Of a stretch of DNA of 64,000 nt, positions 8,784 to 19,505 are shown one piece after another. Location of the stretch: contig OZ252098.1 in NCBI GenBank assembly GCA_965248355.1, positions 1,568,001 through 1,632,000 of the forward strand, written 5' to 3'. The DNA is from Candidatus Latescibacterota bacterium (GTDB lineage: Bacteria; Latescibacterota; UBA2968; UBA8231). A model generated the notes under the pieces. The model saw nothing but the letters and a program-made list of their open reading frames with translations, was not told where the DNA came from and did no database searches. Position 1 is the stretch's first letter, and every line of letters begins with the position of its first letter. A program made the position numbers and the translations under genes.

Positions 8784-10919
8784 GTGGACATTGGAAGATC
8801 TCTCCGCGCGGTGGCGCTCCCTGCCGCAGGGCTGTTGCTGGCACTCCACTGGCCGGTGGCTGCGCAGCTTCTCGAACGCGCTCCCATCGATACCTGGGCC
8901 ACCACGACCTACTATCTGGGCTACGCCGAATTTCCGGAGGCGACCAATGGCCGCATCCGCATAGCCGCCGCAGACCGCTATGACCTCTTCCTCAATGGGG
9001 ATCTGGTAGGGCGGGACGACGACCCCGGATCGGCCGAGGTCTACGATGTTCTGTTCAAGAAACGCACCAACATGGTGGCCGTCGTCGTCGGACATGACGG
9101 GACCACCGCCAGCGGCTACGGGCTGTTCTGCGTGCTGGAGGCCGATGGGGTGCTCATGCCGAGTTCCCCCACGGACCGCAGGACACCGTGGTTCTGGACC
9201 GATTTTGCTCTTCCAAACGAAGAGAAGGCCGAGTGGACGGAGCTGAGGCTCAACGAGCTTTCCGATCATGAGCAGGACGGCCAGAGCGTGACCTGGCGAA
9301 CGGTACAGGCCGGTACCCTCGACCCGCACGGATTCCCGGAGTTTGCCCACCTGGATCTCACCAGGGCCCGCAGCATAGCGGGCTTTCCCGGCGGCCTCGA
9401 CGGCAGCCGGGGTGGCCTGCGGCTGCGATCCTTCAAGGGGCAGAACCTCGCCTTCAACACCTTCTCCCGCGAACCCAAGCTCATCGACGGAGATATCGGC
9501 TCCCCGAAGAGCTACGGCAAAGGGGGGCGCGCACTGTTCGAGGAGGTTGAAGTCGACCTGGGGCGCCTGTTTCCAATCAACCGCGTAAGGGTTATCACGC
9601 AGCCCCCGGGGAGTTCCGGAAGCTACGAGGACAACTCGCTGCGTGGATACAGCGTTCTTGTCAGCAAGGACGGGGTCAACTACCTCGGTGTGGGGTCTCA
9701 GAACCAGATCACTGACTTCAACGAGACGGCGGTCGACTTCCCCACCATCATCGCCCGCTACATACGCATGGTGGTCACCGAGTTCGCCAACCGCAACGCC
9801 CTCCCCAAGGTCGGCGAGCTCGAAGTCTTTGGAGAGGGTCTCGATCGGCAGGGAACCTACCTCTCCCCTCCCCTCGATTTCGGTTCCACTGAGCGCAAGA
9901 ATTTCGACCGCGCCTTGCGGTTCGGCGACCCTTCAGCCACCGGGGAGATGGCCCTCCAGTTCCGCAGCGGAGACGATGGCGAGACCTGGAGCGGCTGGTC
10001 GACCTGGAGTCGGGATTCCGAGATTCAGCTCGCCGTGCCTGAACCCCGCCGCTTTCTCCAGTTCCAGGCGCTCATGCGGACATCCGACTCTTTCCAGGGT
10101 CCACAACTGGACAGCCTTGTCGTGCTCTACAGCGGTGCTCCCTTGCCGGCAACCGAAGCGGTAGCCTCAATCGTGCCGCTCCAGGCGCCCATCGGAGAGG
10201 ATGCGACATTCACCTATTCCCTCGAGCTCGAGATCGGCAACCAGGATTCCGGGATCGATCGCCTCGTAATCCTCACCTCGTGGCCGGCCCAGCTGGACAT
10301 CTCAAGCGTCGCCGGGGCCGTCAGCATCGACCTGGACCGAACCTACGCGACCGGGGATTCGCTCGTGATCGCCTTCGATCCCCCTATCGGCTCAGACGTG
10401 GAGATCGAGATTCCCTTCACATCCCGGCTGCTATCCGCGAGCCACACATTCCAGGGGCTGCTGTATGCACCGGGTACCGATCTCGCTCTTTCCGTCCAAC
10501 CGCGGGAAGGAGAGGATCCGCTCACGGGGCTGGCCTATTCGGTGGTCTCGGAGGCGGCGAGCTTCGATCTCCCTATTCTGCAGAATGTGCGCCCTTTTCC
10601 CCCCGTATTCACACCCAACGACGACGGGATCAACGATGGAGTCGGCTTCGGATTCACTCTGGGAAGAGTGTCCGCCGCACCCGTGCGCGTCGAGATCTAC
10701 GCCCTCGACGGCAACCTGGTCCGGACCCTGCCCGAGCAGCGCCTGAGTGCCGGCTATTCCGGGCCCTCCGACAGCGGGCGGGCGACGTTTCACTTCTCCT
10801 GGGATGGACGCGCACAGAGCGGGGACATCCTCTCCCCCGGACTGTACTTGTACCGCCTCGTGGTCGACACGGAGCCCGATCCTGAGATCGCCACCGGGGT
10901 CGTAGCAATCGCGTATTGA
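8784..10919 (+). CDS. Secreted discoidin (F5/8 type C) domain protein with a C-terminal FlgD-Ig/gliding-motility-like tail
   Basis: GGAGG then GTG at 8784, signal peptide, VDLGRLFPINRVRV..SKDGVNY..ARYIRM..ELEVFG, and C-terminal PVFTPNDDGIND..WDGRAQSG..PGLYLYRL. Confidence 0.8.
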   Translation: MDIGRSLRAVALPAAGLLLALHWPVAAQLLERAPIDTWATTTYYLGYAEFPEATNGRIRIAAADRYDLFLNGDLVGRDDDPGSAEVYDVLFKKRTNMVAVVVGHDGTTASGYGLFCVLEADGVLMPSSPTDRRTPWFWTDFALPNEEKAEWTELRLNELSDHEQDGQSVTWRTVQAGTLDPHGFPEFAHLDLTRARSIAGFPGGLDGSRGGLRLRSFKGQNLAFNTFSREPKLIDGDIGSPKSYGKGGRALFEEVEVDLGRLFPINRVRVITQPPGSSGSYEDNSLRGYSVLVSKDGVNYLGVGSQNQITDFNETAVDFPTIIARYIRMVVTEFANRNALPKVGELEVFGEGLDRQGTYLSPPLDFGSTERKNFDRALRFGDPSATGEMALQFRSGDDGETWSGWSTWSRDSEIQLAVPEPRRFLQFQALMRTSDSFQGPQLDSLVVLYSGAPLPATEAVASIVPLQAPIGEDATFTYSLELEIGNQDSGIDRLVILTSWPAQLDISSVAGAVSIDLDRTYATGDSLVIAFDPPIGSDVEIEIPFTSRLLSASHTFQGLLYAPGTDLALSVQPREGEDPLTGLAYSVVSEAASFDLPILQNVRPFPPVFTPNDDGINDGVGFGFTLGRVSAAPVRVEIYALDGNLVRTLPEQRLSAGYSGPSDSGRATFHFSWDGRAQSGDILSPGLYLYRLVVDTEPDPEIATGVVAIAY

Positions 10920-10924
10920 GGCCT

Positions 10925-13609
10925 ATGCGCCATCCCCTCACCCTGATCCTCTGCTTCCTCCTGTGGGCCGTTCCGTCCGGCGGCCAGTTCCTCTCCAGGG
11001 ATACCCGCAAGCTGTGGGCCAACGAGGTGTTCGAGAACTACGGGGCCAACGGGTACCGGGACTACGATTTCGAGGAGGAGAATCGCCGTTTCGACATCTT
11101 CGGAGACCTCCTGATCGACGGCATCGATATCGTCGAATACAGCGAGGTACGCCGCAATGCGCCCGGACAGATAGGCAGCTACGAATCGCGCAGCGACGGC
11201 TACGACAACTTTTTTCAGAAACTCGTCATCGCCGACGAGGGGTTTGGCCGCTGGTCAACGCGGCTGATCATCGGCGAGCACCTGCGCACCGTCTTCACGC
11301 CCATGACCCTGAATCTCCCGAATTTCAACGGGGTCCGGTGGGATGGCTCATCGCGCAAGAGCCGATTCACTTTCATCGCCACGCACCTGAGAGATCCGCT
11401 CATTTTCCACAATCAGCTCGAGGAACGCCGGGTCTTCGGCACGGGTCTGGTAGGCGGACATTGGGAAAGCCAGGTGGGCGACATCCTCAAGATAGGCACG
11501 ACCTACGTCAACGCGCACCGCTTCGACGCCGAGGCCAGTGCCACCCTCAACGGCCTGAAGGGTGATGTTCCGGGCGTGGTCCAGGAGGGCGGGCTGCGCC
11601 GGGTCTTCGTTTTCTTCACCGACGACGCGCCCCACGATGCCGCGCCAGGGGCAACGGTCCACGGATTGACGATGTACGCAGACGGGATGGCCGTGGAACA
11701 GGTGCGAGTGGGGAAGATCGAGCGCATACTCGACCGCATCCCCGTTACCTCCGACCGAAGCAACACCGTCCCGCTGAATCCAAACGATGTGCACTACCTC
11801 CGCCGCAACGGCTCCTGGCTCCCGGCGGTGGTCGAGGCCAGCAACGTCAACTTCATTCCCATCCTGCTGGACCGCATCACGCTGCCGGCGGCGCCGGCTG
11901 GGAGTGGAGCGCCCCTGGTGGCCAATGGCACGGACGTGGTCTTCTACGAGTACGAGGTCCCCCACGGCGCCCGCGACGTCCGCTTCGAGGCGATTCTGGC
12001 CAACGACTACAGCGTCGACGTGGTCGGAGGCATGCAGGTACCCCTCTTCGATTCGGGGACCGACTACGGTGATCTTTTTTACGACTGGAACAATACGTTG
12101 CGAGCCAAGGGCAACCCGGGCAGCAGTTCCAACCTGCGCCGGGTGCACTTCCGCTACGGGCTTCCCACCGGTCTGGAAATACTGGGCTTCGACTTCGAGG
12201 CCGAGATCCTGGGCAGCAGCATCCAGGGCGAATACGCGCGCAGCACGAGATTCCTGAAGACTCCTGCCTCCGGCGGGGCTCGTCACGACCGCAAGAGTTC
12301 GACCTTCCATGTGAACCTCTTGAGATCTCTTGGCTCGAATGCGGAAGTGGGTCTGGAATGGTTCGATGTTCCATCCGACTACACCACCGATTTCCCCCTC
12401 TTTCGGGACTCGTCCCAGGGGTTTCCGGTGGGCGGCAAAGTCTATGATCGCTTTGCCCTGGTCGAGGACAACGACGATCTGGATACCTGGCCGGACCGGG
12501 CGGAACACGGGGACCCCCTTGCCTTCTACTCTCGCTCAACGGCAGAGGGCTACGGGGTCTTCCCGGGGTTGGACCTGAACCGGGACGGGCGGCTGGACCT
12601 CAACGTGGGCGGCAATGCCTATACACCTTTCCTGGGCTACTACATCGATCCCCCCGAGCTCGTCTACGGTGATGATTTCAACAACAACGGAATCGCCGAC
12701 CTGCGAGAGAACGACAACCTGCCGGACTACCTCTACCCCTTGGACCATCGCGGCTTGCACGCCTTCGTCTCCGTGAAGCCCACAGCGCGTTCCCTCGTGC
12801 GTTTCGGGGGATACCGCATGGGTCAGCCGATTCTGGGATTGTCCAGCCACGTGGCCTACGTGGAAGGCCAATACGAGCGCAAATGGAAGGAGTCCGGGCA
12901 CCTCCGTTTGAACCACCGGCTCAAATGGGCGGAGGATGATATTCCCAACACCATCTACCAGTTCGTCGATGAAGAGAGGCTGCCGACCGGTCTGCTCCGT
13001 AGGAGCCGCTACGAGCTGCAACCGGACCTGCTGCAGGATCGGGACAGCATCGACAACCTGACCCATCTCGAGGCCAGGGTGAAGGTCCTGCCCGGTCTGA
13101 ATATTCACAATGTCCTCTCATTCACGCACATCGACCTGGGGGGGGCGCCCCTCGATGATCCGCTCACGGCGGCGCCGGGTACGATCACCCACTTTTCAAT
13201 GGTCAACAAGGCGGACTACACCTGGCATTGGAACCCCTTCAAGATCATTACGCAGTTCAAGCACATCTTCCAGCGCAGCAAGTTCCCCGAGCGCGTCATT
13301 GCGGACAGACAGACGCGTTGGCTCATTCCCATTGTCCGCATGGACTACCAGGTGGGCCCCAACACAAGCCTCAAGACCGGCGTTCAAGGCCTTCCCCTGC
13401 TGCCGGAGAGATCCCTCGATCCCACCGCCAGTCCGGAGAGGAATTTCCACCGCCGTACCTGGACCGCCTTTCTGCAGAACAGAAGCAACCACCGCGGCTA
13501 TGACTTGACTTTGTTGTTCGGAACGTACCGCACCCATACCCGCTATACGGGCTCCCCGCGGCCGTCCCTGGGCTACGTGGAATACTTCTTCAAGGTCTTC
13601 ATAGGGTGA
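10925..13609 (+). CDS. Large exported hypothetical protein, paralogue A (putative outer-membrane beta-barrel with Ca-binding loops)
   Basis: Signal peptide. Motifs FTPMTL..NGVRWD, VEDNDDLDTWPD, GVFPGLDLNRDG and YGDDFNNNGIADLREND are shared with the next two genes. Ends YFFKVFIG. Confidence 0.8.
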   Translation: MRHPLTLILCFLLWAVPSGGQFLSRDTRKLWANEVFENYGANGYRDYDFEEENRRFDIFGDLLIDGIDIVEYSEVRRNAPGQIGSYESRSDGYDNFFQKLVIADEGFGRWSTRLIIGEHLRTVFTPMTLNLPNFNGVRWDGSSRKSRFTFIATHLRDPLIFHNQLEERRVFGTGLVGGHWESQVGDILKIGTTYVNAHRFDAEASATLNGLKGDVPGVVQEGGLRRVFVFFTDDAPHDAAPGATVHGLTMYADGMAVEQVRVGKIERILDRIPVTSDRSNTVPLNPNDVHYLRRNGSWLPAVVEASNVNFIPILLDRITLPAAPAGSGAPLVANGTDVVFYEYEVPHGARDVRFEAILANDYSVDVVGGMQVPLFDSGTDYGDLFYDWNNTLRAKGNPGSSSNLRRVHFRYGLPTGLEILGFDFEAEILGSSIQGEYARSTRFLKTPASGGARHDRKSSTFHVNLLRSLGSNAEVGLEWFDVPSDYTTDFPLFRDSSQGFPVGGKVYDRFALVEDNDDLDTWPDRAEHGDPLAFYSRSTAEGYGVFPGLDLNRDGRLDLNVGGNAYTPFLGYYIDPPELVYGDDFNNNGIADLRENDNLPDYLYPLDHRGLHAFVSVKPTARSLVRFGGYRMGQPILGLSSHVAYVEGQYERKWKESGHLRLNHRLKWAEDDIPNTIYQFVDEERLPTGLLRRSRYELQPDLLQDRDSIDNLTHLEARVKVLPGLNIHNVLSFTHIDLGGAPLDDPLTAAPGTITHFSMVNKADYTWHWNPFKIITQFKHIFQRSKFPERVIADRQTRWLIPIVRMDYQVGPNTSLKTGVQGLPLLPERSLDPTASPERNFHRRTWTAFLQNRSNHRGYDLTLLFGTYRTHTRYTGSPRPSLGYVEYFFKVFIG

Positions 13610-16395
13610 ACATGCCTGGACCGCACCGGAGAATCCCCGTCTGTATCGTGCTCCTGCTGGGAGCGCTGGGGAACCCGCTGTCGGCTCAACTCCTCTTCCG
13701 GTCCGCTGAGCCCTATGCCAACTATGCCTACGAAGGCTACTGGCCCTACGAGTCGGTGGTGTACGGCAGGGATCGCACGCCGCAGTTCGACAACCTGGGG
13801 CAATTCGTCATGAGCGGCTCGAGTGTCTTCGAGCTCCAGCAGCTTCACTCTCCTGGACGGGAAGATGGGAGCAGAATCAGCAAACCCAGGCTCTACAACA
13901 GCTATCTGAACCGACTGGTCGTCGCCAACGACAGCTACAAGGGCGTGGACACGCGCTTCATGATGGGCGACCGGATCCGCACCAAGTTCACACCCCTGAC
14001 CCTGGACCAGGCCGCCATGAACGGGATCCGCATGGATACCCGTTCCGATAGACTGTCACTCATCCTCGTCGGCTCGCGGGTGGACCGGCCCATATTCGAA
14101 TCCCCGGGAGACAGGGATCAATTCCTTCACGGCTCTCAGTTCGCCTCCTTCCGTCCCCGCTTGGCCACCTACCTGGTGGGCGCCGACCTGCGCACCCGGT
14201 GGACCGGTCTGGACGTGGGTATCAGCTGGGTCAACCAGTTCCGCACAGATACCTTCAAGGACATCGGAAAGAACAGCATCAGGGGAACCCTGCCCGCTAC
14301 CGACAGCCCGCCCGAATGGCTGGTGGTGCGGGTAGCCGATCAGAATCCCCATGACGATGCAGGGGTGCGGGTGCGGCGGGCGGTGGTGGTGCTCAACGGG
14401 CGCCAGGTCGAGCACACGCCGGGACCCTACGACAGGCTTTCTCCAGCGGACCTCACCCTCACGGTCACCGAGCACCCGAACCGGACGATCATCCCGCCCA
14501 TCTGGACGGCCCAGGGCCAGCTGGTGATAAACTATCCACACCTGGAGCCCACCCCACAGGGCTTCTACGAAACCCGCGGCGAGGGCAGCTTGCTGTTCTG
14601 GTTCAGGGTGCCCTCCCATTTCATCGGGACGGACACCCTTGCCGTTAGTCGGGCCCAGGTGGATCTGGATATGGCCGGGGACTACGTGGTCGAGCTGGCC
14701 GAGGTATACAAGCAGACCCCCATAACCAACAACCCCGCCACCTATTTCCATACCGCCGCGCAGGCGAAAGGCCGGCCCTCCGACCTGAACGACTATCGCC
14801 GGGTACGGGTTCGCTACGGCCGCCAGACCGCGCGCACGCTGGCCAGCGTGCACATGAATCTGGATATCAAGGGCTATCTGTTGCACGCCGAGTATGCAAG
14901 GAGCTTTTCCCATCGCGCCTACCCGGCCCTCACCGGCTCCCGGGGCGGCCTCTTTCAAAGCGATAGTCCCGCCTGGTATGTCCTGGGCCGCCGCGACTGG
15001 GACCGTTTCAGCCTGGGCGGCGAGCTCTTCGCCATGGATGCGGATTACTCCACTACCCTGTCGGTCCAGGACAGGGCCTTCCAAAGCTACACCGACGCCT
15101 TCAGCGGAAACTTCCAGCGATTCGAACCGCGGCTGCCCGACAGGATCGGCCCGAACCGGGCCGACGCGACGTACACCCTTGAATTCTCCACGGTAGACGA
15201 CAACGACGACAAGGACCCGTACCCAGACGTCTACTTCCTGCGCCGCCCTGCTCCCCGAGGACGTTTCCTCATGGACCCGGACGGCATCTTCCCGGGTCTG
15301 GACTCAGATCTGAACGGGCGTCCGGATATCAATGAGAACGCCAACCGGGTTCCGGACTACCACGAGCCCTTCCTGCTCTACAACGTCAATCCCGACGCCT
15401 ACGAATACGGCGACGACATGAACAACAACGCCGTCATCGACGTGCGTGAGGACGACCAGAAGCCTGATTTCCCCTACGATCCGGACCGGCGGGGCGTCCA
15501 TCTCTTCGTCCTGTTCCGCCCGCGCAAGGACATGTCCGTAACACTCGGCCGCCATGAGACGGAAGCCCCCAGTGCCGGCTCCCGGGCAGAGATGATCTAC
15601 GGCCGCTACGAGTACGATCGCCGGCTGCCTTACCTGGTGGACCTCTACGCCGTGGAGCGGCTCAAGCGAGTCCGGGACGACATCAGGGACGACGTCTTCG
15701 GCGTGGCACGGAACCCGATCTACTTCGAGCCGGATGTGATTCCGCTCAACATATTGACCCAGGAAGAACTCCTCAATCCCCTGGGCGAGGCGGTGCTGTT
15801 GCGGGACCCATTGCTCATGCGACGCAGCTGGGTGAACACCGCCTACGTTCGTGCCCGCTTCATCCGGATGCCGCCACTGAACGTGGAGCTGAGCCTGAAG
15901 TACGAGCTGAATTTCCAGCAGGAGACAACTCTGCAGCCGGACAATACGGTCAGCGGTCTGGCCCTTGTGGCCAAGGCAGACTACGAGTGGCGCCCGTGGA
16001 AGCAACTGCGGGTGATCCCCCAGCTCAAGTGGCTTCGGCAACGGCTCGAGGACGACGAGCGACGGGTTCTGGAAATCCACGAACGCTACTTCTATCCCAT
16101 TCTGCGCCTGGAATACCCGCTCTCATCACGGATGACGGCCAAGTTGGGAGCCCAGGGATTCCCGTTTCTGAAAAGCACCTACCGCAGCGAGGTTATCCCG
16201 GGGCTGGATTTCGACTCGGAGGTGTACGTCGTCATGGTGAGCAACACCTCATCCTATGTCGGCTATCAGCTCAACCTCAATGCCGGGTTCGAAAGGCGCA
16301 AGAGATCGTTCCTCGACGACTCCCTCGCCGCCCAGGACATCAACTACTCGCGGATCTTCCTCCGCGTCATCGCCGGCCTGAAGCCACTCTTCTAG
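13606..16395 (+). CDS. Large exported hypothetical protein, paralogue B
   Basis: GTGA overlap with the previous stop. Motifs FTPLTL..NGIRMD, VDDNDDKDPYPD, GIFPGLDSDLNG, YGDDMNNNAVIDVREDD. Ends IFLRVIAGLKPLF. Confidence 0.8.
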   Translation: MNMPGPHRRIPVCIVLLLGALGNPLSAQLLFRSAEPYANYAYEGYWPYESVVYGRDRTPQFDNLGQFVMSGSSVFELQQLHSPGREDGSRISKPRLYNSYLNRLVVANDSYKGVDTRFMMGDRIRTKFTPLTLDQAAMNGIRMDTRSDRLSLILVGSRVDRPIFESPGDRDQFLHGSQFASFRPRLATYLVGADLRTRWTGLDVGISWVNQFRTDTFKDIGKNSIRGTLPATDSPPEWLVVRVADQNPHDDAGVRVRRAVVVLNGRQVEHTPGPYDRLSPADLTLTVTEHPNRTIIPPIWTAQGQLVINYPHLEPTPQGFYETRGEGSLLFWFRVPSHFIGTDTLAVSRAQVDLDMAGDYVVELAEVYKQTPITNNPATYFHTAAQAKGRPSDLNDYRRVRVRYGRQTARTLASVHMNLDIKGYLLHAEYARSFSHRAYPALTGSRGGLFQSDSPAWYVLGRRDWDRFSLGGELFAMDADYSTTLSVQDRAFQSYTDAFSGNFQRFEPRLPDRIGPNRADATYTLEFSTVDDNDDKDPYPDVYFLRRPAPRGRFLMDPDGIFPGLDSDLNGRPDINENANRVPDYHEPFLLYNVNPDAYEYGDDMNNNAVIDVREDDQKPDFPYDPDRRGVHLFVLFRPRKDMSVTLGRHETEAPSAGSRAEMIYGRYEYDRRLPYLVDLYAVERLKRVRDDIRDDVFGVARNPIYFEPDVIPLNILTQEELLNPLGEAVLLRDPLLMRRSWVNTAYVRARFIRMPPLNVELSLKYELNFQQETTLQPDNTVSGLALVAKADYEWRPWKQLRVIPQLKWLRQRLEDDERRVLEIHERYFYPILRLEYPLSSRMTAKLGAQGFPFLKSTYRSEVIPGLDFDSEVYVVMVSNTSSYVGYQLNLNAGFERRKRSFLDDSLAAQDINYSRIFLRVIAGLKPLF

Positions 16396-16401
16396 GGAAG
16401 C

Positions 16402-19400
16402 ATGACGAGCCACTTGCGATTCAGCTTGTTCACCGCGTCGGTCCTCCTCCTTCTCGCGGGCGCCCTGCGAGGGCAAGAGGAGACGCAGCAGGGGCCGGAA
16501 CTGGTTGACCAGCTGCCGTCGCGCATTCTGCCGGACCAACCTTTCCTAGGCCGCTTCGGCGAGGCCCCCTACAGAAACTACGGGTTGGAGAACTACTCCC
16601 GCCGGCCTGAATTCACCAGCAATCTGGCATATCACTACAACACCATGGGTGATCCTCTCATATACGGCACCCGGGCGGTGAACTGGGTCGAGCGCCGCGG
16701 ACTTGGCGTGCAACGGGGGTATTCCGCCATAGGCGAGACCGGAGGTCACGGCGAGACGGGAAACGCCTACCAGCGTCTCTTCGATCACGTACTGATCGGC
16801 ACCGATGGCACGGACTCGTGGCAGGCCAAGTTCATCTACGGGGATGAAGTTCGCTCGTCGCTCACACCCCTGACGATGAAGCTGTCCAACATGAACGGTC
16901 TTCGCGTCGACGTGGGCACCGACAACGACAGTTTCTCGGCTTTGTTCTCAACCCTTCCCTGGTCCCGCAACTCGGCTCAGGGCGTCACCCCGGACGGCGG
17001 ACCCAGCGCCAGGGTCCCCACCATGATGCTCTCCGCCCACTACGAACGCAAGGTCGGCTTCCTCAACTTCGGAGGCACCTTCCTCAACGTGCACCAGTAC
17101 GAGCCGCTCATGTCAAGCGAGTTCGAAACCCTGCAGGGCGTGGCCGGAGCCGTTCAGACCGCGCCGGCCATGGTCGCACTCCGCATCCTGGACGACTCCC
17201 CACAGGATGGCAGGGGGGGACCGGTCTTGCACGATGTCAAGGTGTACGTAAACGGCGAGCCGCGCCCCGAGCTGGAGCCCTTTGTCGTCCACCTCCACAA
17301 ACGCGGTGACGAGCGGCAGATCTACGTGGCGCCCCTCCTGAACTCGGGGGAGCGCTTTGGCCTGCCACCGCGGCCCGAGGCCAACAATTACCAGACCGTC
17401 AATGCAGGCGGCCTGTTCAGCACCTATGAAGCCTACATAAACACGGCCCGCATCGATCCCCAGGTGTTCTACCGGGGCTACGAGTTTCCCTTCTTCATCG
17501 ACCACCTCCTCTATCGCGACTTCAAGCTCCACGGGCCCGACTACGTCGTGGATGCCGAGAACGACAGGACGGTGCACACCGAGTTCGCCCATGAGCTGGC
17601 CGAGCCCTCCGGGGACTTCCTCGGCTTGTACACCATGACAGATCTGCCCCAGGCCTTCGACGGTGAGACCTATGGTGTTCTCTACGTGGACCTCGAGTCC
17701 CTTCGCCAGTTCATCACCTCGGTGGAAATCGAGCTGACCCTGGCCAACGACTACCGCGTGGAGATGTCCCAGATCCCCATGGCCCGGTCGACCGAGCGTC
17801 CGCCGGTTGACAACCATTCCCAGCGCTACCGCTACGCTTCCTTTTTCCGCACCGTGGCCCGCGCCGGCGGCAATCCCCAGGACGGGGTCCCCAGGAAGGT
17901 CAGGATCAAGGTGGGAGCGCCCACGGGAATGCGGCTCACAAGCCTCAACGCCAACGGCGTATTCAAGGGTTTCCAGATCAATGCCGAACTCGCGGGGAGC
18001 AGCCAATACCATCAGTACATCAGCGGCCCTCCGGGACCGCGTCTGCCTCAGGATGCCCTTCCCATCAACGCCCTCGAGCGGGCCAAGAGGCCCGGAGCCC
18101 GGCACACCATAAGCGACCGGTCCTACTACGTTACCGTGCAGCGGGATTTCAAGCGCTGGGGATTGGGCGGCGAGTGGTTCTCCATGGGACCCCTCTACAC
18201 GACCGAATTCCGCAGCTTCATCGCCGCCGACGAGTTCAATCTCCAGGGCTTCCCGATCCCCTTCAACAACACCCTCATCCACCGGATGGTCGAAGACAAC
18301 GACGACAACGACCGCTACCCGGACAGCTGGTACGTCTTCTTCGACAAGAAGCAGGCCCAGACGGACATCGATGGGGTCTTCCCGGGACTGGATGCGGACA
18401 GCGACGGGATTCCGGACACCAACCGCAACCTGAACCAGGAGCCGGACTACCTGGAACCCTTCCTCATGTACGGCGCGGACCCCCAGGTCTTCGACTACGG
18501 CCTCGATCTCAACCACAACGACTACATCGACTCCCGGGAAAACGACTGGGAGGCGGATCTGCCGTACGATCCGGATCTGAAGGGTCTGCACCTGTACGGA
18601 AGCTACAAGCCGCTGCCGGGCCTGAAGCTGACGCTGGGTTCCATGGATGCCCAACAGAACGCGGGCGCCCTGCCCAGCGAGGTCCTCTACACCCGCCTGG
18701 GCTACGCTCGGAGCGTACCGACCATCGGGCGCTTCTTCAGCGAGCTCTCCGTGGAGCGGGTACGCGATGGCGTGGCGGATCCCTTGAGTGTGTACAGTGA
18801 CCGGGTGCTCACCGAGGCCGAACAGAACGAGATCTTCTCCATCAACCAGCGCAACCAGCAGATAGCCCCCTTCCGCGAGGAGATCCGCGAGGATCCGCTG
18901 AACTACAAGAACAGCACGTTCACGCGGCTCTTCACCGAGGCTCATTGGCATTTGGTGCCGCATCTCAACATGCACAACAAGGTCAAGGTAGAGGTCAACC
19001 ATCAGCACGGGGGAGAACTCTTCGACAAGTCCGAGCAGGAAGGGGACCGCCGGTCGCGGTGGACCATGGCCCACAAGATCGACTACGATTGGAAGATCCG
19101 GCCCCGCGTCAGCTTGTTCTGCGGGTTCAAGTTCCGCTACCACAAGGAGTGGCAGCGCAGCCAGGGGCTGCCCGCGGTGCACGAGCGGCACCTGATTCCC
19201 CTCATGAAGCTCGAGTATCGACTTACCGGGCGGACCCGCTTCCAATTCGGGGTTCAGGGGATCACTTCCAGGCTTCCTTACTCGGTAACCGACTTCGTCC
19301 GTCCCGAAGAGGACTTCCAGCAGCGCGACACCGTGTTCATGATGACGAATCTGTCCAGGTATTTCGGTTACATCATCTCCTCCAATGCCGGATTGCGGTT

Positions 19401-19500
19401 TCGACTGAAGGAGTTCAGCGATCCGGCTGTTGATCAGACCCGAAGTGAGCGCTTCACGGCCGTTTTCATCAACGCCATTCTGGGCTTCGAGGACGACTGA
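16402..19500 (+). CDS. Large exported hypothetical protein, paralogue C
   Basis: Motifs LTPLTM..NGLRVD, VEDNDDNDRYPD, GVFPGLDADSDG, YGLDLNHNDYIDSREND. Ends VFINAILGFEDD. Confidence 0.8.
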   Translation: MTSHLRFSLFTASVLLLLAGALRGQEETQQGPELVDQLPSRILPDQPFLGRFGEAPYRNYGLENYSRRPEFTSNLAYHYNTMGDPLIYGTRAVNWVERRGLGVQRGYSAIGETGGHGETGNAYQRLFDHVLIGTDGTDSWQAKFIYGDEVRSSLTPLTMKLSNMNGLRVDVGTDNDSFSALFSTLPWSRNSAQGVTPDGGPSARVPTMMLSAHYERKVGFLNFGGTFLNVHQYEPLMSSEFETLQGVAGAVQTAPAMVALRILDDSPQDGRGGPVLHDVKVYVNGEPRPELEPFVVHLHKRGDERQIYVAPLLNSGERFGLPPRPEANNYQTVNAGGLFSTYEAYINTARIDPQVFYRGYEFPFFIDHLLYRDFKLHGPDYVVDAENDRTVHTEFAHELAEPSGDFLGLYTMTDLPQAFDGETYGVLYVDLESLRQFITSVEIELTLANDYRVEMSQIPMARSTERPPVDNHSQRYRYASFFRTVARAGGNPQDGVPRKVRIKVGAPTGMRLTSLNANGVFKGFQINAELAGSSQYHQYISGPPGPRLPQDALPINALERAKRPGARHTISDRSYYVTVQRDFKRWGLGGEWFSMGPLYTTEFRSFIAADEFNLQGFPIPFNNTLIHRMVEDNDDNDRYPDSWYVFFDKKQAQTDIDGVFPGLDADSDGIPDTNRNLNQEPDYLEPFLMYGADPQVFDYGLDLNHNDYIDSRENDWEADLPYDPDLKGLHLYGSYKPLPGLKLTLGSMDAQQNAGALPSEVLYTRLGYARSVPTIGRFFSELSVERVRDGVADPLSVYSDRVLTEAEQNEIFSINQRNQQIAPFREEIREDPLNYKNSTFTRLFTEAHWHLVPHLNMHNKVKVEVNHQHGGELFDKSEQEGDRRSRWTMAHKIDYDWKIRPRVSLFCGFKFRYHKEWQRSQGLPAVHERHLIPLMKLEYRLTGRTRFQFGVQGITSRLPYSVTDFVRPEEDFQQRDTVFMMTNLSRYFGYIISSNAGLRFRLKEFSDPAVDQTRSERFTAVFINAILGFEDD

Positions 19501-19505
19501 GACCC

